Source: Candidatus Micrarchaeota archaeon (lineage in GTDB: Archaea > Micrarchaeota > Micrarchaeia > Anstonellales > Bilamarchaeaceae). Taken from it: a stretch of DNA of 10,518 nucleotides. Made by a program: the position numbers and the translations under genes. The stretch lies in assembly GCA_043816005.1 (NCBI GenBank), contig JBDRIM010000028.1:1-10518 (forward strand), in the 5' to 3' direction. This document shows, one piece after another, positions 8,461 to 10,518 of this stretch. The first letter of the stretch is position 1, and every line of letters starts with the position of its first letter. The notes below the pieces were generated by a model. That model was not told where the DNA came from. It did not search any database and saw only the letters and a list, made by a program, of their open reading frames with translations.

Positions 8461-9207
8461 TTATTTCATATAATATAGTGTTTCAACGTGCCCTACTTCT
8501 AGTGGTTTTGGATATGTCCAATCGCCATTAGCACCCATACGCTCTGCCTGTCGTGCCAATGTTTTTACCATAATCGGCACTCCATCATCCAACCATCGCG
8601 GATCATGGAATATTTTTGATGGTGGCAATTCTCCGGAAATATCACCGACATGCACTCCGGTGTGATAATAAATAAGCAATATACGCGCACCTAGCTCACT
8701 GGCAATTAAATGTTGCATTCCAAATAGAAGACTGTTACAGGTAAATCTTCCTGGGTCAGTTGACATGATTGATGGGACGTTTGCACCAGCCAAATCTAGT
8801 GAAACTGCAACTAAATCAGCATTTGTTCTATATGCCCCAGGTGCACCAACTACAACTGGCCTATTGTCTTGTACAAACACACCATCTGCATTTGCATATG
8901 CTGCATTGATTTCATTAAAACCAACAGCTTCAAGGCTTACTTTGTGAATAGAACTGCTTAATCCACCCGCCACAACGACGATTGGTTCTTCTACAGATAA
9001 ACTTAATTCGCGTCTTTTTTTAACTACCAAACCCATAAGAATTTCATGAGAATCGTAAGTATTTCGTAATACTGCACCAACCACACGAATGCCTTCTACT
9101 TGAACCCCGTCTAATTTCTTTGCGATCCTAGCACTGGCATTACCTTTGTAATCTCCAAAAGGCTCGTATCCGGCGACTACGGCTAGTTTTACTTGAGTTG
9201 GTTTCAT
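8461..9207 (-). CDS. pcp: Pyroglutamyl-peptidase I (peptidase C15) family protein; probable start at the ATG at 9207, although the ORF extends to 9267
   Basis: AGYEPFG...NAS, SLEAVGFN (catalytic Glu), GAPGAYRT, STDPGRFTCN (catalytic Cys) and YYH (catalytic His). GGTG SD at 9214-9217 and TATA TTTTTAAA at 9253-9260. Confidence 0.88.
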   Translation of the reverse strand: MKPTQVKLAVVAGYEPFGDYKGNASARIAKKLDGVQVEGIRVVGAVLRNTYDSHEILMGLVVKKRRELSLSVEEPIVVVAGGLSSSIHKVSLEAVGFNEINAAYANADGVFVQDNRPVVVGAPGAYRTNADLVAVSLDLAGANVPSIMSTDPGRFTCNSLLFGMQHLIASELGARILLIYYHTGVHVGDISGELPPSKIFHDPRWLDDGVPIMVKTLARQAERMGANGDWTYPKPLEVGHVETLYYMK

Positions 9208-9272
9208 AAACTGCACCAAATAGGAATTAATTATATATGTTATACCAAATGGTTTAAAAAGGAGCAATAAAA

Positions 9273-10403
9273 TTAGTCTAAATTAACAGCATATCTAGCA
9301 AAATCAACTGTTGCTAGAGAACGATTCTCGTTTCTTGCTCTTTCTAGTTCTAAAAGCAAAGTGAGTGCTCTTCGCCAATGTGCAATAGTAGAAAAATCAG
9401 CTGAAAATAACCCGTCCATAAAAAATCTGCTGGCATGATTTGCTACAAATGCAACTGTGTTTAGTTGTTCAGTAGTAAGATCAAAACCATATATTTGAGC
9501 CAGTGCAGCTAATTCTAATGCATGCCCAATCCAGTGAGGCACATCACCACAATGGTTGCAATATACGCCTTGACAAGGTTTCTGAACAATACCATCGTCT
9601 GCATCGATTTCTCTACTAGCATCATTTTTATTTGCAGCAACTTTTGATAGGTAAACACCCAATAATGATAATGTTAGTAACTGTTGGTCTAACAATTCAT
9701 GAACTTCTGCACGAAGATGCTGTAAACCAGGAACTAATGTAGTTGCAAGAACTAGACCTTCAGTAAGATGGTAATCAGAACATACTGTACTCCTACTGTT
9801 AGTTTGATGAACTGAAAGTAAACGTTCAGTTAACTTACGTAAACTTATTCTTTCACCGTTTAAGTGAAATAGGATATCTTGATCTGGAACTAAAAATGCT
9901 GACCCAACCAATAGATGACCCAAGTCATATAATTTATCACCAAGTATGACGATTCTCCTACTATTAATTGCAAGTGTTCTCATTGTAGCGCCAGAATCTG
10001 CAATATGAATATCTGGTTGTACTCCTGCTAAAGCAGCATATGCAAACGTTTGCCATGGATGATAATCACACGTACCAACATTATCTTGTCTTATACATGT
10101 TCCACTAGTAGCAGTTCTATCTAAGAAAATACCAATTCTAGATGTTGCAGAAACACCATCATAAACATAATCCCCCAAACCAATCATAAGGTGTGCAACT
10201 GAACTTGGTTCTCTTGTTGCTAAAATCGTATCAATTGCTATTGAAGGAGCATTAGCATAACTTTTACAAACAGCAAACAAACGATCAGGTTCTAATTTTA
10301 ATCTGCCACAAGTACGCATCCGTTCTCCAAAATCAGCAATAGCACGGCTCATAGTTACGCCGACATCGCGTAATGCGACTGGAGTATAAATAGGTCTGGC
10401 CAT
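9273..10403 (-). CDS. Hypothetical protein, His/Cys-rich, probably a helical metal-binding enzyme
   Basis: 376-aa uninterrupted ORF with GTGA SD-like motif at 10411-10414 and a TATA-like TTTAATAC at 10443-10450. No family could be assigned with confidence. Confidence 0.8.
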   Translation of the reverse strand: MARPIYTPVALRDVGVTMSRAIADFGERMRTCGRLKLEPDRLFAVCKSYANAPSIAIDTILATREPSSVAHLMIGLGDYVYDGVSATSRIGIFLDRTATSGTCIRQDNVGTCDYHPWQTFAYAALAGVQPDIHIADSGATMRTLAINSRRIVILGDKLYDLGHLLVGSAFLVPDQDILFHLNGERISLRKLTERLLSVHQTNSRSTVCSDYHLTEGLVLATTLVPGLQHLRAEVHELLDQQLLTLSLLGVYLSKVAANKNDASREIDADDGIVQKPCQGVYCNHCGDVPHWIGHALELAALAQIYGFDLTTEQLNTVAFVANHASRFFMDGLFSADFSTIAHWRRALTLLLELERARNENRSLATVDFARYAVNLD

Positions 10404-10518
10404 TTTTGAATCACATTTATATTTATGGTTATTAGTGGAAAAGTATTAAAACACTTTAGTCAAGTTTCTAAAACAGAAAAAATCTGCAAACTATTTTAAT
10501 AACTCTGGTTGGAATGAA

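Noticed and set aside
9208..9267. 20-aa N-terminal extension of Pcp in the ORF track
   Set aside because: It spans the predicted TATA box and SD of the ATG at 9207, and C15 homology begins just after that Met.
9528..9572. Possible c-type heme motif in CNHCGDVPH
   Set aside because: Not CxxCH (Gly follows the second Cys), and there is no signal peptide.

Overview
Archaeal chromosomal window. A divergent 16S sequence, AT-rich Lys-rich core genes and orphan ORFs suggest a DPANN lineage, possibly Micrarchaeota (inference, not a database result). Positions 1-986 hold the 5' two-thirds of a 16S rRNA gene on the minus strand, with its leader and BRE/TATA promoter upstream. The 16S gene carries a 45-nt hairpin insertion (474-518) near E. 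coli position 510, with a strict bulge-helix-bulge (BHB) splice motif. Next come a membrane-anchored ArsR-type wHTH regulator and a divergently arranged SUF Fe-S assembly locus. On the minus strand the order is Lrp/AsnC regulator, sufC, sufS, a small pilin-like membrane protein and sufU. On the plus strand is a bacterial-type sufB, split by a 2-nt insertion in an AG run. No sufD is present in the window. Downstream are glutamate dehydrogenase, a HEAT-like orphan, a pyroglutamyl peptidase I homolog and a His-rich 376-aa hypothetical protein. The two orphans show a strong Arg-over-Lys bias that the core genes lack.
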